NCBI RefSeq assembly: GCF_037042905.1
Contig: NC_087247.1
Coordinates: forward strand, 6,634,001 to 6,698,000
DNA length: 64,000 nt
Reading direction: 5' to 3'
DNA from: Lytechinus pictus
Lineage: Eukaryota
Of the stretch, positions 50,201-63,042 are shown in pieces (within the stretch, counting starts at the first letter, position 1; each line of letters begins with the position of its first letter). Position numbers and translations under genes: made by a program. The notes under the pieces are model-generated. The model did no database searches and was not told where the DNA came from. It saw only the letters and a program-made list of their open reading frames with translations.

Positions 50201-53200
50201 ATAGTACTTTCAAGTGAATCCTAGATATTGATTGACTGTTTAGCATTGATACCATGGTCCTAGCTATATCCTGCAAGAGTAACTTATGTAACAGAACCCA
50301 GGCCTTAAATATGGATGGAGTTTTTTTTTTTAAGGGCAAGGTCATATTTGTGTAGGGTACATATCTACAGGTATATTAAAGCACAAATAAGGAGAAAAGG
50401 GGAAACAGCACAACTAAACTCCAAGGTCATTGAATAGGTTATTAAGTCAATAAAAAAAGGCATACACTTAACCAGGACACTACTGGAGGTCAGGAAAATG
50501 AAATTCTAGCCTCTAGCCTTAATTTCAACTTCTTGCCTTGGGAACATTCACATATGCAAATAACTGCATCTTCTGTTTTATGAGAGCTGAATTTTATTGC
50601 CATAGTGATAACATATGATGGTGCTAGGATACCTGCTTTGTTAATGTACATGTATTGAATGGCATGTTTACGGGAGAACTTTGTACAGTGGCAGTAACCC
50701 ATTTTTGGTTATGATATTATAAACATGAACAAATATGATCTGTATTTTGAGTACAAAGTGGCTTCCGGTATGATATGTTTTTTATTCAAAAGGTAGGTTT
50801 ACATTATAGCCAATATATTACAATAAAATATTTTATATTGTCATTGATTTATTGATTAATGTAGAGTGAAACCAAATAATGAAAGGTTCAAGGCTGAATG
50901 AAAAAAGCCATCCAATTGTTGAAAAGAAACCTAAGCAAGTTTGTGTAAATATTTCCTGTAGTTTTCATGATAGGTGTTTATGTATTGCAAATATATGAAA
51001 TATGATCTTTATGCTTCTATGTGCTTATGTGATTAAGCCTTCATATAGTCGGTAAACCATAAAAAAAAAAACTACCGACTGGTACCCGCCTGCCGTGTGG
51101 CAAATGTAAATGTCTTTCCGAAAAGGCATTGGTGGCTTCAACTTTTTACCTTGGCATTTAGACTTCCATGACATATGAATATACTGTCCCTAAATTACAC
51201 CATGCAGGTTTATCTTTATATATTCAGCCTGCCCCTGTGGTATATTCTATATTTAATATAAGACATAACATTTTGTATATCATATTCTTATTCTCTATAT
51301 AATAGAGAACTAAACATGTTCTATTTGTCTCTCTCTCTCTCTCTCTCTCCACTGCCTTTTCCCACATGAGACTCGATTGTAATTCATGATTTATAGAAAA
51401 AATCATGATCATAATATTAGTAATTATTTTTGTTATGATTTTGTTTTGTTCCTGGAGCATTCTTTCGGGGTCGAGATTAGCTTATTTATAAGGTAATTTT
51501 TCATATGAAGCTTTCATTGTAAGTAATGAGTTTTGAATAATATTTTTCTTTTGACTGTTCCTTCTCTCTTTTTTATATCTTCAGGATAACTGATTCTCAG
51601 AGGCAGATAGCGATGATAACAGAGATGATTCACACTGCCAGTCTGATGCACGATGATGTGATCGATGCAGCAGATACTAGGAGAGGAAAAACATCAATCA
51701 ATGAACAATTTGGGCAGAGAAAAGTAAGATATCCCTTCTTGCATCTTACACTCCCTGATTGATCAGATATGATAAAACCTAAGTAGTTAATACTGGATTT
51801 TACTTCACACTCCCCAGCAAATGCTGTGAAATTGCACCACACATTCTAAGGGGGGGGGGGATCATCGCAATGTATTTTTGGTACCACATTTTTTTGATAT
51901 TTGACATTTTATTAGTTCAAACGCAAGAGTTACAGAACTATTTGACGGATGTAATAGTAATCATAACATTAACAATGGTAATGATACTGATGATAAAACA
52001 ATAACAAAATTGGTGATATGCAACTCTTATATTTTGCTTTAATAATACAATGTTTCTATCCACCATTGCATACTATTAACCTAGCTATAACACAGCTACC
52101 CTTTTCACATGCTCGAGCATTCAAGAAATTTTGTCGTAAAAGGTGCCAATTTGCTTCTGTAAACCTGGGTAGAGAGTGGCAGATGTAGAGAAATATCTTT
52201 CCAGCGGATGCAAGTGCTGCTGTGGCATTTGTACCCCTGAACTTGTGGTTCAAAGTTTTTAGGACATATATTTATGTGTCTCTCTTGCTATAATAACCTA
52301 ACTTTCAGCCAGAACATGAGCACATGAGGTGATTTTTCATGCCTTCCTTTGTTTTTGTTAGTCTATACTTGCAGGTGACTTTGTGCTTTCTATATCATCA
52401 CAAGCCCTTGCTAGGATAGGTGATCCAGACATTGTCATTGTTCTTTCAACTGTTATAGAGGATTTAGTCAAAGGTAAGAGACTGAATTAAAATGCTCTTT
52501 ATGTCGAACTAGAATGGATATGTTAAGTTGTAGTGGTAACAGGGCTGCAAAGTAGTGCAGGTTTTCAGTTATTATTACTGAAATATGAGAAAGAATACTG
52601 GTGGTTTCATGCAAATTACTGATTTCTAAAGTTTCAGTTTTATGTGTTGTCCTATGGTATTTCTGTGAAAATACTGATTTCTTCACCAAAATACTGATTT
52701 TCTGCCTTTAACATACCGAAGTGTTCTTGATCAGACTGGCATCTCTGTGGTAGTATTATCATTGGCAGCAGCAATACCACCACCATAATCATCACCATCA
52801 TTATCATCATCATCATTATCAGCACCATCATCATCATCAGCGCCATCATTGTTGTCATTTGTCTTAATCTTCATCATCATTATCATCAATGTCATCATCA
52901 TTTAAATCTTTGAACACGATAGATTGGACTTCTAAGCAGCCTTCTCATAAGAAATTTTAATACTACTACACTACTATGAAAATGTATCTGCTCTTTCACA
53001 TGAATTCCCATTCAAATAACTTTCCACTTGCATTCATATCTCATCTAACTATGGTAGCATCATGACCAGAAAAGTTGAATCGATTTCACAGAACAAAAAC
53101 GCATTTTAGAATCAGACATTTATCAAACAGCACTGACTAATGAGAATATTTCTGTCTGTCGGAGCTTCATTGAATCCAATGATTTGCATATGCAGGAATA

Positions 53201-56200
53201 TCAATATGGTCATGTTTTGTCATGAAATCAAAGAGTTTAATTGTTTTTCTCATTTGTGAATTGTCCTTTTACAACATCATATGATATTCTCGAAATTTTA
53301 ATCTTATTTCTTTTTTTTCTCTCACTGTAATAAAATAATCATTTAAAAAAAAAACAGAGTTTTTGTTTTGGCTGAATTATTTTTTGGTTGATTCAATATT
53401 TTATAAAGGACTCTAATGTGGGGATTTCAGGTGTCGAGTTTCATACCATGCTAGGGCCATGGTTTGTGTAGCATGATTTGTATAGCATTGAATTATACGT
53501 ATGAGTGCATGTGAGGATGGTAGAAAGGTTGTGAGTGGTATGGTCAATTTTATTTGGGTTGAATTGTAACAAGGAACATATTTCAGTTCGCTTTGATCAC
53601 TTGTATGCATGTGTGTATCCATGAGGTCAGAATTGATTTATAAAACATAACTTTGAACTTTCTTTGAAAGAAATCTTGTGGAGGATGACAGTTTTAGATC
53701 TATATGTGTTCTATTTTCAAAATGTGTTATATTTCAGGATAGAAAGACACAATTTTTCACCCTTTTTTTTTGGGGGGGGGGGTAAGCAGTACCTGAACCC
53801 CCAACTTTTGTAGATTTTGTTGTTGTTGCTCACTTATTATGCTTTGTTTGTTGTTTTTAATAGGTGAATTCATGCAACTTGGATCTAAAGATAACGAGAA
53901 TGAGAGATTTTCCCACTACCTCACAAAAACATACAAGAAGACTGCCAGCCTCATGGCTCACAGCTGTAAAGCAGTAAGTAGGAAGTTTTCATTAAAAATG
54001 GTAATGACGGGTCGGTTAAAAACAATGCAATTCTGTGTAAACATACCCTCAACCATGAGGGAAGATATTGTCACTGGTTTCATTGGGCACAAAAGGCACA
54101 TATGTCTTTTATGCGCAAGGTTTGAAAAATATATTTGGAAATAATCGGCTTCATTTTTTTAATACATTTTTAAACTCCTCATTTATGCGCAGTGATATAT
54201 AGGCATTCTTTTATGGAATTCTGGGGAGGAAATTAATTAATTTAATTGACTGGCAAGTTATAAGTATATGAAAATGTGCAGAAAGGCTTGCTTTGTGGAA
54301 AAGAAAATGCATCGATTTGTATTGGTGTGCTTATGTTTTGTACCATAAAATACCACATGTCCTGTATCGCTTTTAGTGCGTAGGGTGTTTTGTTTTCAGG
54401 AAGTATAACTTTTAGGATAATGTTGGGCACCACACAATTTTTTTTAAAGTGGCCAATTTATGAGAATTCATGGGGAAAGCAAGTATTGCTATATGAGACC
54501 TGGGGAGTGTTTCACAAAGATTTCAGTATGACTTAGGTCGCACTCAAATTCTGACTCGTACATGATATGCAACGCGCAATCTTATTGATCAATACGCAGT
54601 AGTGCGCGTCCTCTTGCCATGATCTGACCAATGCGGTGACGTCTTTTATACCACGAGCAACTAGACATTTAAGTGTGACTCTAAGCCATACTTAAATCTT
54701 TGTGAAACACCCCCCTGGGGGTGTAAATGTAACTTAAATAGATATACTTTATATATATGATTTATTGTAACTACTTGTTCACAGATTGCCATAGACTTAC
54801 AATTACTCTATGCTTAAGTGAACAATTGATTTTTATCTTGTTTATGTTAGAGGGCACTAGACTCATTTGATTTGCTTCCTTTCTGCTTTGCAGGTAGCAA
54901 TGTTAGCAGGCAGCAGCCAAGACGTGTGTGAGATTGCTTATCAGTATGGGCGTAACATCGGCATGGCATTCCAACTTGTTGACGATATCTTAGATTTTGT
55001 ATCCTGCGATGATACGATGGGCAAACCTACCTCGGCAGACCTCAAGCTAGGTCTCGCAACAGCTCCCGTCCTATTTGCAGCTGAAAAGGTCAGTGTCAAT
55101 ATCAAGATTTGTTTACATTGTCACAATTCAGTAGCGCCGCTGTAAACAGTGACATTCAGTGAGTTGCATTCAAATATGCCTGGTATATGCAGAAAAGGCA
55201 TAGACAAATAATTATTGAAGTGAACCTTCAGAATAATAAGATATTTTCTATTCACTTTGTTACACTAGATATGCTTATTACAAATAATGTATAAACAGAA
55301 ACATATCTGTGAGGACTGAAGCGAACAGTTGGTATAACTCTATAATAAGCTATAATTCATTGAGTAACATTAAATATCGTTAGGAAATTTGAATAAACAA
55401 AAAAATATGTAAAGTTTGAATTGAAAGTGTGGCATAATTAAAATACAACTCTACGGTATACCATGTTTATTGTGCTATAAGAACATTGCATACATGTATG
55501 TATAGAAAACTTTTAGAAGCAATCCTTTTTTATAACTTGATATTTGAATTTCCCTGAAATTTTATACTCTCCCAAAATTTTGTGCATTGTTTTCATATTC
55601 AGTAGCATGGAAACCAGAGGACTTTATCATACTTTTTGTAACTATGCACAAAAACATATTTTGTAGAAATAATGCATGGACTATGGTACTTAATTTCTTG
55701 GTCCCATTGGTTTGATAGAAGCGCTGTGGTGTAGCGGTTCTGACTCTCGCCTTGTAATCAGTGGGTCGTGTGTTCGAATCCCACCATGGCCTAGCGTCCT
55801 TTGGCAAGGCGTCAATCCACACTTTGCCACTCTCACCCAGGTGCTGATTGGGTACCGATAGGAAACAACTCTCATTGTGGTTGGTTTAGCAAGTGTGCGC
55901 CCAACAGGCTGCTTAAAATGCTATGAATCCAGTGACTGGGTATAATGATTGTGAAGTGCTTTGAGCAGTTGTAAATTGATAAAGCGCTATATAAATCCCA
56001 ATTATTATTTGATGCACAGTTTCTACATCAAACCATTGGAAGAAAAAAAAACCGGTATAGGTGCGTTGTGTTACTCTGTTTTCATTTCTTCTTCCAGTAT
56101 CCTGAGCTAAATGATATGATCATGAGGAGGTTCAGCCGTACTGGGGATGTAGAGATGGCCAGAAAAGCAGTAGCAAACGTGAGTATCATAGAAAGACATC

Positions 56201-58510
56201 ACTTTCAATCAAGGGAGCATTTCAATAGTCAGTTAGTTTCATAGACAACTGTTATAATCTACTGAAATCCTTGCATTTGATTGGCTGAGAACAAATAAGT
56301 CGGTGAAAATCACACAGACTGTTTGCTTCATGAACGACTCCCCAGTTCATTAATGATGAAATATTTGTTATTCTCCGATCCGAAGTGTACCTGCGAGGGT
56401 CCATTTTCTATTATACCTTCTTGTACTGACTTCACATTATCTGTTCAGAGCAAAAAGGGTGCTTGCAGATTATTAAGGAGGGGGGATGCCAGGGGAGAAG
56501 GTAACAACGGTAAATTGCCAATTCGTCTACTGCCAACTCGTCCACTCACCACATGGTCTACCCCCATTTAGTCTAATGCCATTCCGTCCATCAACATTTC
56601 GTCTAACAACCATTTGGTCCAATCATCACTTCTAGTCTAGTCACCATTTCGTCTCGTAACCAGTTGGTCTAATATCCATTTTATTTTCATTTATTTTGCA
56701 CAACTAACACTTAGTCCAATTAGACCAAATGGTATATGGACTCATTGGCTATTGGACCAACTGGTTATTAGACGAAATGGTGAGTGGATGAATGGGCAAT
56801 TAGACCATGTGGATACTTAGTGGACAAACTGATGGTAGACCAAATGATAGTAGACGAGTTGGCGATTGGACGAATTTGCATGAGACAAAGTAGAAATAAA
56901 CCGGTAGTAACTGCCCCACCCTTCCCCCTCCCCCAACACGTAAAATGATTATCCAAGTGATAACAAAAAAATATATAATAGAGGAGAGAGAAAAGGGAAA
57001 GGAAAGGAGAGTACTGAAAGGAGAGGGCTTGGTTTGTAGAATTATAATACCCTTTCATTCAAGAAAAATAATGTGGTATCACCTTAGATCCTTTCCCCTT
57101 TCTATATGAATATATATGTGTTTACTGTCCTTCTTGCAATCAAATGGTCAATATGTAGGTGCTGAGATGAAGACTTCACTTCACTCCAATGACTTCCCAT
57201 ACCTCTCTTAAATGCTCGGGTGATCAAGCGGAAAACTGAAACTTAATTACTTTTTAATTCATGCATGTCTGAGATGGATAATCTGGGTAGCGTCATGTGG
57301 CACATTACCCTTGGTTATCTGTGGAGGAGGAATAGTGAGGAGTCTGATCACTTCACAAATGCATTTTTATTGTGTGTGTGCCTTGCCATGAATTATTTTA
57401 AGCTGAATTCCAGTTTTAAAATTTTTTAACAGAGTCCAATGAAATGACTATCCAAAGTTTGAATTTGTATGAGTAGATAATGTGGATCTGGATGGTTGAT
57501 GTACAAACGCCTGGTGTGGCTATCCCGTACATTTTTGGCAACATTGCATGAAGTCGGATGTGTGCTTAATTTATTTGGATCTTTTCAAGGAGTTCTTTGA
57601 ATTTGGGGATTGGTGTAGCCTCCCTTGCAGTATCTGGGAGTTTATTCCATTTGGGGATTGTTCTTGGGTATAGAGACTGCCGGTAGCATCTCTTATTTGC
57701 CCTTATGTGGTTGTAAACAAACATCTTTGAAGAGTGCCTTGTTATACTCTGAGCCATGTTGATTCTCAAGAGATGTTTGATGTTACTGGGGATTATACCC
57801 TGAGTTTCCTTATAGATGATCAATAGGCTGGCTTTGGATCTTCTTTCTTCAAGGCTTTCCCATCCCAGGGTCTTTTTTAATGTGTGCCCAATCATTTTGT
57901 CTTGAAAGTGTGTAATTGATCAATCTGTCAATTAGACAGGTCTTTTTTTTCCCCAATGTTTTAACCCTAATAGAGCTGGGTTATGTTGACCCATCTTTCA
58001 GCCAGCGGGTGTGGATTCTGCCCCCATCCTAAGATCTGTGCCGTCCACTACACGTTCGCAGCAAAAATTACCCATGATGTATAATCAACAAAAATTGTAC
58101 AGTCATTTTCTCTGAAAAAAATTCCTAATTCATTTTGCTAGTTCATGCATAAATCAAAGGTATGCACATATTGATTAAATAAAGCCTCAAAATTTTTCTT
58201 CAGAGATTTTTTATTTTATTTTTATCTTAAAACAAATATAAATTTCATAGTCTCTACTCCATGTATTTTATTTTCTTATTATTTATTTCTTTGTTGTCAC
58301 CAAAGCAAACAATATGGAAACAATATTAATATTGAATTCTTCCTATTTCTTCACTTATTCCTTTCCCAGACGGATAGTATCCAACAGTCGCGTTTCTTGG
58401 CTGAGCAGCACAGCAGAGAAGCAGTGAAACAGATCGAGAAGCTGACAAACTGTGCCGAGAGACAAGCACTTATCTACTTAACTCAGGAAGTCTTATCCAG
58501 GCATAAATAA
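41267..58510 (+). CDS. PDSS1: Decaprenyl/all-trans-polyprenyl diphosphate synthase subunit 1, 10 exons, ~412 aa
   Basis: Exons: 41267-41419, 46564-46610, 47341-47467, 49571-49704, 51585-51723, 52362-52473, 53864-53973, 54894-55088, 56098-56178, 58370-58510; 1239 nt, phases consistent. Arg-rich mitochondrial presequence; YYFDGKGKSFRP; EMIHTASLMHDDVID..RRG (FARM); ILAGDF; GEFMQL; YKKTASL; AFQLVDDILDF (SARM); GKP..ADLKLGLATAPVL. Exons 1-2 are less certain. Confidence 0.93.
41694..43070 (+). mobile_element. Helentron-associated non-autonomous element (HINE/DINE-like) with internal ~163-bp tandem repeats
   Basis: Inserted in a T-run; 12-bp IR GTCTCACCTGCA (41694) / TGCAGGTGAGAC (43039, subterminal); (GGC)n near the 5' end; tandem units start 42479, 42642, 42804, 42967; ends CACTTG|TT. 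Confidence 0.72.
41864..42478. mobile_element. Hairpin-headed element nested in the HINE (Crypton-like, tentative)
   Basis: Splits the host motif TAATCAA|GTATTACTG with no clear TSD; ~165-bp hairpin centred on TTCCATTCAAC..GTTGAATGGAA; IR TTATATAACTCA (42032) / TGAGTTATATAA (42467). Confidence 0.6.
43150..43691. mobile_element. hAT-like remnant with GGACCAGTA subrepeats, carrying a nested small Harbinger-like MITE (43524-43649)
   Basis: Right end TTAGTGTGGAGCCCTG; nested GGTCCCGTAACACAAA ... TTTGTGTTACGGGCCC with CWG flanks. Confidence 0.55.
43885..45938. mobile_element. Composite of two family A MITE segments flanking a LINE fragment
   Basis: MITE 43885-~44395 and a second partial MITE 45681-45938 on either side of the endonuclease fragment. 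Confidence 0.65.
44410..45680 (-). pseudogene. LINE ORF2 N-terminal fragment (APE-type endonuclease), disrupted
   Basis: Motifs TMNVRG, DILAIQEHWL, GKGGLAI, CYLP, IIVGDIN, IDTI, SDH spread over broken frames 45074-45700 and 44536-44913; no RT. Confidence 0.85.
46105..46384. mobile_element. Harbinger/Tourist-like MITE
   Basis: TTA|AGGCTTGGTCCCACTG ... CAGTGGGACTAGGCCT|TTA. Confidence 0.8.
49215..49432 (-). mobile_element. tRNA-derived SINE
   Basis: Minus strand GGCCCAGTGGATTAG...GGTTCAAATCCC (A/B boxes), then CACTCGACCCAGGTG..ATGGGTACC core, as in the 55720 copy. Confidence 0.75.
49822..50200 (+). mobile_element. tRNA-derived SINE with Deu-like central domain and LINE-derived tail
   Basis: TAGCTCAGTCCG A box, GGTTCGAGTCCC B box, central TGCACGTTA..GCACTATTCG..AAGAGAAGGGTGTTCACCCGGTGT; ATCCAGA on both sides. 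Confidence 0.72.
52760..52902. repeat. Degenerate (CAT)n microsatellite
   Basis: Runs of CAT/CAC/TAT triplets in PDSS1 intron 6. Confidence 0.8.
54503..54714. mobile_element. Harbinger-like MITE family C
   Basis: CTG|GGGAGTGTTTCACAAAGATTT ... AAATCTTTGTGAAACACCCCC|CTG. Confidence 0.8.
55720..56010 (+). mobile_element. tRNA-derived SINE (complete)
   Basis: TGGTGTAGCGG A box, GTTCGAATCCC B box, CACTCTCACCCAGGTG..GGGTACC core, tail AAGCGCTATATAAAT..ATTATTATT. Confidence 0.82.
56508..56903. mobile_element. Foldback MITE built of ~17-bp CCA..(C/G)GTCTA subrepeats in inverted arrays
   Basis: Left array CCAATTCGTCTAC / CCAACTCGTCCAC..., right array GTAGACGAGTTGG / TGGACGAATT; CGGT...ACCG ends. 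Confidence 0.7.
57480..57895 (-). mobile_element. 5'-truncated LINE 3' end
   Basis: LGWESLEERR ... YRQSLYPRTIPKWNKLP ... FK, typical of ORF2 C-termini; UTR ends CATCCAGATCC. Confidence 0.82.
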
Positions 58511-59116
58511 TGTCGTCCTTTAATCTTTTGAAGTTTTGAGAGGCTAACCGTGCATAAGCACAAAATGTGTTCAGAGATGGGCCTTTCGCAATGTAGGTTG
58601 TCAGAAATTGAAGTTCTAACACTGTGAACGTCCCTATAAGGTACAGTGCTTTCACAAGCAATAGCGCCATCTAGTGTTCAGTCAGTTTTGCATCATGCAT
58701 TATTGCACAGAGACAAGCATATCTGCCAGAGCAGTGTATTACATTCCCTATAATATCAGGGGGTTTGTATAGTGAGAAATTCTGCTGGCGAAGGTTTGGA
58801 AAGTTGACCTGAGGCTATGGTTGCGCTGATGTTAGAAAGAGATCAAGGCTTGCTGGCCTTGCTTTTAATGTTTTGGTATTTTCAATCAGTTGCTAGCTGT
58901 TTGATGTGCTGAACCGATTGAATGAGTCTGTGAGGAAAAAAATGTCCTGCGTGTGCTGGCCATGTTAATTCTGATTTAATAATTTTGACAAAATTAGCAG
59001 AGAAATGACTGAATTATGACTCCATAAAACAAAACTCATTTAACGATTGTACATAATGGTCGGTGTAATCATCCGTGTACTTCTGCAATCAATTGCTAGA
59101 CTTTGTGTTGGTCCTG

Positions 59117-59261
59117 GGGCCCGTTGCAGAAAGATTTGCAATCAAACACAACTTCAAAAATCATGCGCAACTTGATTTTCAATCAATCAACAGCGCGCAT
59201 TTGGGACTTGCGATTGATATTTTGACTTGCGTTTAAACGCAACTCTTTCTGCAACGGACCC
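59117..59261. mobile_element. Small Harbinger-like MITE
   Basis: CTG|GGGCCCGTTGCAGAAAGA ... TCTTTCTGCAACGGACCC|CTG. Confidence 0.8.
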
Positions 59262-59788
59262 CTGGTGTCTCTTTTGTTCTATCTCGAGAAAGTCCTGTTG
59301 GATATTTAGATCTGAAGACTTATTCAGTTATTCATTAGGGGGAAAAAAGAGAGAGTAGAGACAAGAATCAATGTGTATGGGATGTAGCCAGTGAATCACT
59401 GCATGATGTTGCTTCTGTGAAGCTTGTATGAATTCTAAATGATTCTCCTTTCTGCTGTGAAACTTGATGATGCAGTTATGAAGTGCAGTTATAAAGTATT
59501 GTTGTATCCACTCTTCACAGTGCGAAAGGTGCTAATCGTCATCATTACCCTGGCTGTTGCCTGGGGGCTAACGTGGCTCATGAGCATTTCAAGAAATGAA
59601 TATTCCTGCCAAGTATCCATGTACTAAACCTGGGTCAGATGCAGCTCATTTTGGATAAATTAACTATGCCTTACAATGTCTTGGAACCATGAAAATGTCT
59701 TTTTTGTAAGAAGAATACTCTTGTGTCCCAAGAAATAAAAGAAAAAAAAACACAAAACACTGAATAAATCATCAACAATTGGGACCTT

Positions 59789-60087
59789 GGGGTGTTTCAC
59801 AAAGATTTAAGTATGACTTAGAGTCGCACTTAAAATGTCTAGTTGCGTGCGGTATAAATGATAATAATAATAATAATGGTATATTTACCCAGGGTAGCCA
59901 CTTATTATTATAAATAATAACGGTATATTTACCCAGGGTAGCCACATAAAAGGCATGACCGCATTGGTCAGATAATGCCAAGAGGATGCGCACTACTGCC
60001 TATTAATTAGTAAGATTGCACGTTTCATATCGTGTACACGTTGACATTTAAGTGTGACTCATACTTAAATCTTTGTGAAACACCCCC
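59789..60087. mobile_element. MITE family C with an internal ~90-bp duplicated insert
   Basis: Family C TIRs; insert carries two copies of ATAATAA.GGTATATTTACCCAGGGTAGCCAC (~59870-59945). Confidence 0.72.
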
Positions 60088-62799
60088 CGGGAAATATCCC
60101 TTGTTGAATCAGGAACATTGTTTCAATCAGGTTTCTTTACTGTACTGAGCTTTCGTTGTATCACATGTCATTTCCTATAAAGAGGAAACTGATTTTAAAA
60201 TAAAAGGTGAATTATATTTATAAAGCATATTTATGGTATTCCTCTGCCATGTTACTATACCTCGTTTTATACCATTGGCTGTATAAAGCTTGGAGGCTGA
60301 AAGTGTGACTGAGAGTGAGCCATATAACAAATTGTGATGAACTTTGACCTCTTATCTTAGTGTTTCTCAGTGATTCCATGTACTTGTTACCTCCTCGCCA
60401 GTTTAAAAGTGATAGCTCTTGATATATTGTTGGTGCTTAAATGCCGTTCACATCATTCTCTGGTGAATACTGGATATACTTTTGCAATAAAGCATCACCA
60501 AAATGCACAATAGCTCTTGATGTATTTCTGCAATAAAGCAATACCAAAATACACACTGGTCTGGTAAGAAAGGCAGCATATCTACTTATTCATTGTACTT
60601 TGTTCAGTATAATGTAAAATATTATGCATTTGAATCTCATCAGTGCATGGGAAAATGCCTGCCAACTTATCTGGTTTAATTGATTTATATTTATTCCCTC
60701 AATGTAATAATTCTCACAGCTCCAGATTCAGTTATTCGATAGGTAAACAAAATCGTTCAACATTATTGCCAAAACGATGTCCTCTATCTCTCTCTCTATA
60801 TATATATATACATGTACGTCCGATGATAACTGTGCCCATAATCCAGTGAATTGATGGAGCTGACCAAGAATGATCCAGCCTTGAATCATGTTGCTCGAAC
60901 GGTGACATTAAATGCTATTTCCCAGGCATTAGTAGTCATATGATTAATTCAATCATCAAAACTCAATTATGCAATAACATAAGAATCAGCACTCTTTCCT
61001 ATCATTATGAATAGTGTTGATGAGAAATGTTCCATACACTGATAGTAATGCACTCGAAGCAATGCATACTTCATCCCATTATCACGTTGCATTGCAAGTT
61101 AGTGCTTTGATAGCATGTTATTGCATACAATAAGTTGCTATGCTAGGCAAGGTTTATGTTTGTTAACTTTTCCAACATGTATCACATATTCATGAGTGAA
61201 ATGCAGTTATTTGAAATGGGCTAATGTGATTATTCATACGTAAGCACTTCTTCCTATTAATCCAGGAACTCGACAAGAACTCTTTCTCAGTCATCATCAT
61301 TCTTTTCTATCTTTGTTGATAACAAAATATGTTGTTCATTTTATACAGGGGATATGTAGAAGCATTTTCACTGAAGATATTACCATTCCCTTAGACCGAA
61401 TATTTTCTCAAGGAAAAACATGTGAATTATTTATTTTATTGGAGTAACAATATGAAAAGTGTCAAGGGCTCATTTCATGATAATGGTGTTTCAACTTGAT
61501 GCTTTTATTTCATTCTTTATTTGATTTGTTTATGTATTTCAAAACAAATTTGAATATGTTATAGACAAACACAAACAAAATAATGTGGTTGGATGAAACG
61601 AAAAGGATATTGGTTTTTGCCCTCCCACAAGTTTGTGGTTTACACACATAGCAAGCTTACATGAATTGTTGATCATTTTGCAATAGTTATGATTCGTAAC
61701 TTCCTTATTTAGAGACCAAGATTTTCAATGACCCATTACCTGCATTTCTTACATATTTTTTTTTGTCTAGGCCAACTTCTAGTCAGTCTGGCAGTAGTCC
61801 AGAATTTTAAATCTTGTTTTGTCCTCTTTGGACGGGGATTGACAGACTCCCCTCACACTCACAACAACTACCCTTACCCCCTACCTGATCCTATCTGCAC
61901 GATTCCTTCAACTACCATTGAATTGGGAGTCCACAGTATTGGATATGAAAAGGAAACGTTTGAACATGGAGCTATTAATAGCTCCATGGTTTGAACATTT
62001 TTTTAATTTTTCAATCGAATTTGAGACTAAATTCAACCAATCATTTCCTCCTGATTTAATTTTCATTTTGGACCCATAAGAAAAACAAAAAAGAAACATT
62101 AAAGAAATGTGAACATTTTGAATGCTCTAGCAAATGGCAACACTACAAACTAGATAAAAGCAGTGAATGTATCCGTTACATTGAGAATAGCAGTTGTAAT
62201 TCCCACAATTTCGAGATTCATCAACCGTATAGAAACTTCTGTAAAAAATAAGAGTCAGCCCTGCATTTAACAGCTTCAGAAATTTTCATGCGACCGCTAT
62301 TTAGTTCAGAGGCGATGGTTATTTAAGCAATGTCTGATACTCCGAAATGGAATCCACTTCTGCAAAATCCCTGCTATTTTAACATACATGGAGCATTATT
62401 GGGAATTCAAGTATATTCTCAGAATGAGTAATTGTGATACTGAAGATGGGTGGAGTGGTGTATCCTTTTTACATTGAAGAAAAATGAAATTTGAGAGTGG
62501 TGATTTCATATCGAAGATGAATATGTAACGAAAACTGTGTTTTGATGCATGTTATATGTTATGTTAAAGAAGTATGAAATTTGAGATTGTTGATACAAGA
62601 TCGTATTGTAGTGAAAACTGTGTTCCGGAAATGTAGTCTTGATTACTGGTCAAGGAGGCAAGTCCGGCAGATTAAGAACGAAATGTTTTGTTAGTGCAAT
62701 GTGTGTATATCTAACGCTAATGCCTCGATAAATTGAATTCATTCACCAATTCCAAGTAATTGTATTTCAATAGTTTGAACATCAGCGGCATGGGTTGGT

Positions 62800-63042
62800 G
62801 TGTTGGCTCAGTTGGTAGAGCATCCGTCTCACAACCGGGAGGTTGGGAATTCAAATCCCGGCCACGTCAGACCAAAAGACGTAAAAAGATGGGAGTTGAT
62901 GCTACCCTGTTTGGCATTCAACAATTACGGGATAGAACCTTGTCAATCTGGTCCTGCACAGTGGCTGCCGAAGAAGAATAAGAATTTTCGGAATATTTCA
63001 ATTCTCAGATTATTTCGAACAATTAAACATGGATTTATAATT
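62800..63042 (+). mobile_element. tRNA-derived SINE (Meta-domain-like)
   Basis: TGGCTCAGTTGGTAGAGC A box, ATTCAAATCCC B box, followed by GTCAGACCAAAAGACGTAAAAAGATGG..TGCTACCCTG..TGGC. Confidence 0.68.

Noticed and set aside
52370-52376. Alternative CAG acceptor in PDSS1 exon 6
   Set aside because: Would shift the frame and remove the conserved ILAGD; the TAG acceptor at 52361 fits.
52652-52858. Met-rich ORF
   Set aside because: Antisense translation of a (CAT)n microsatellite.
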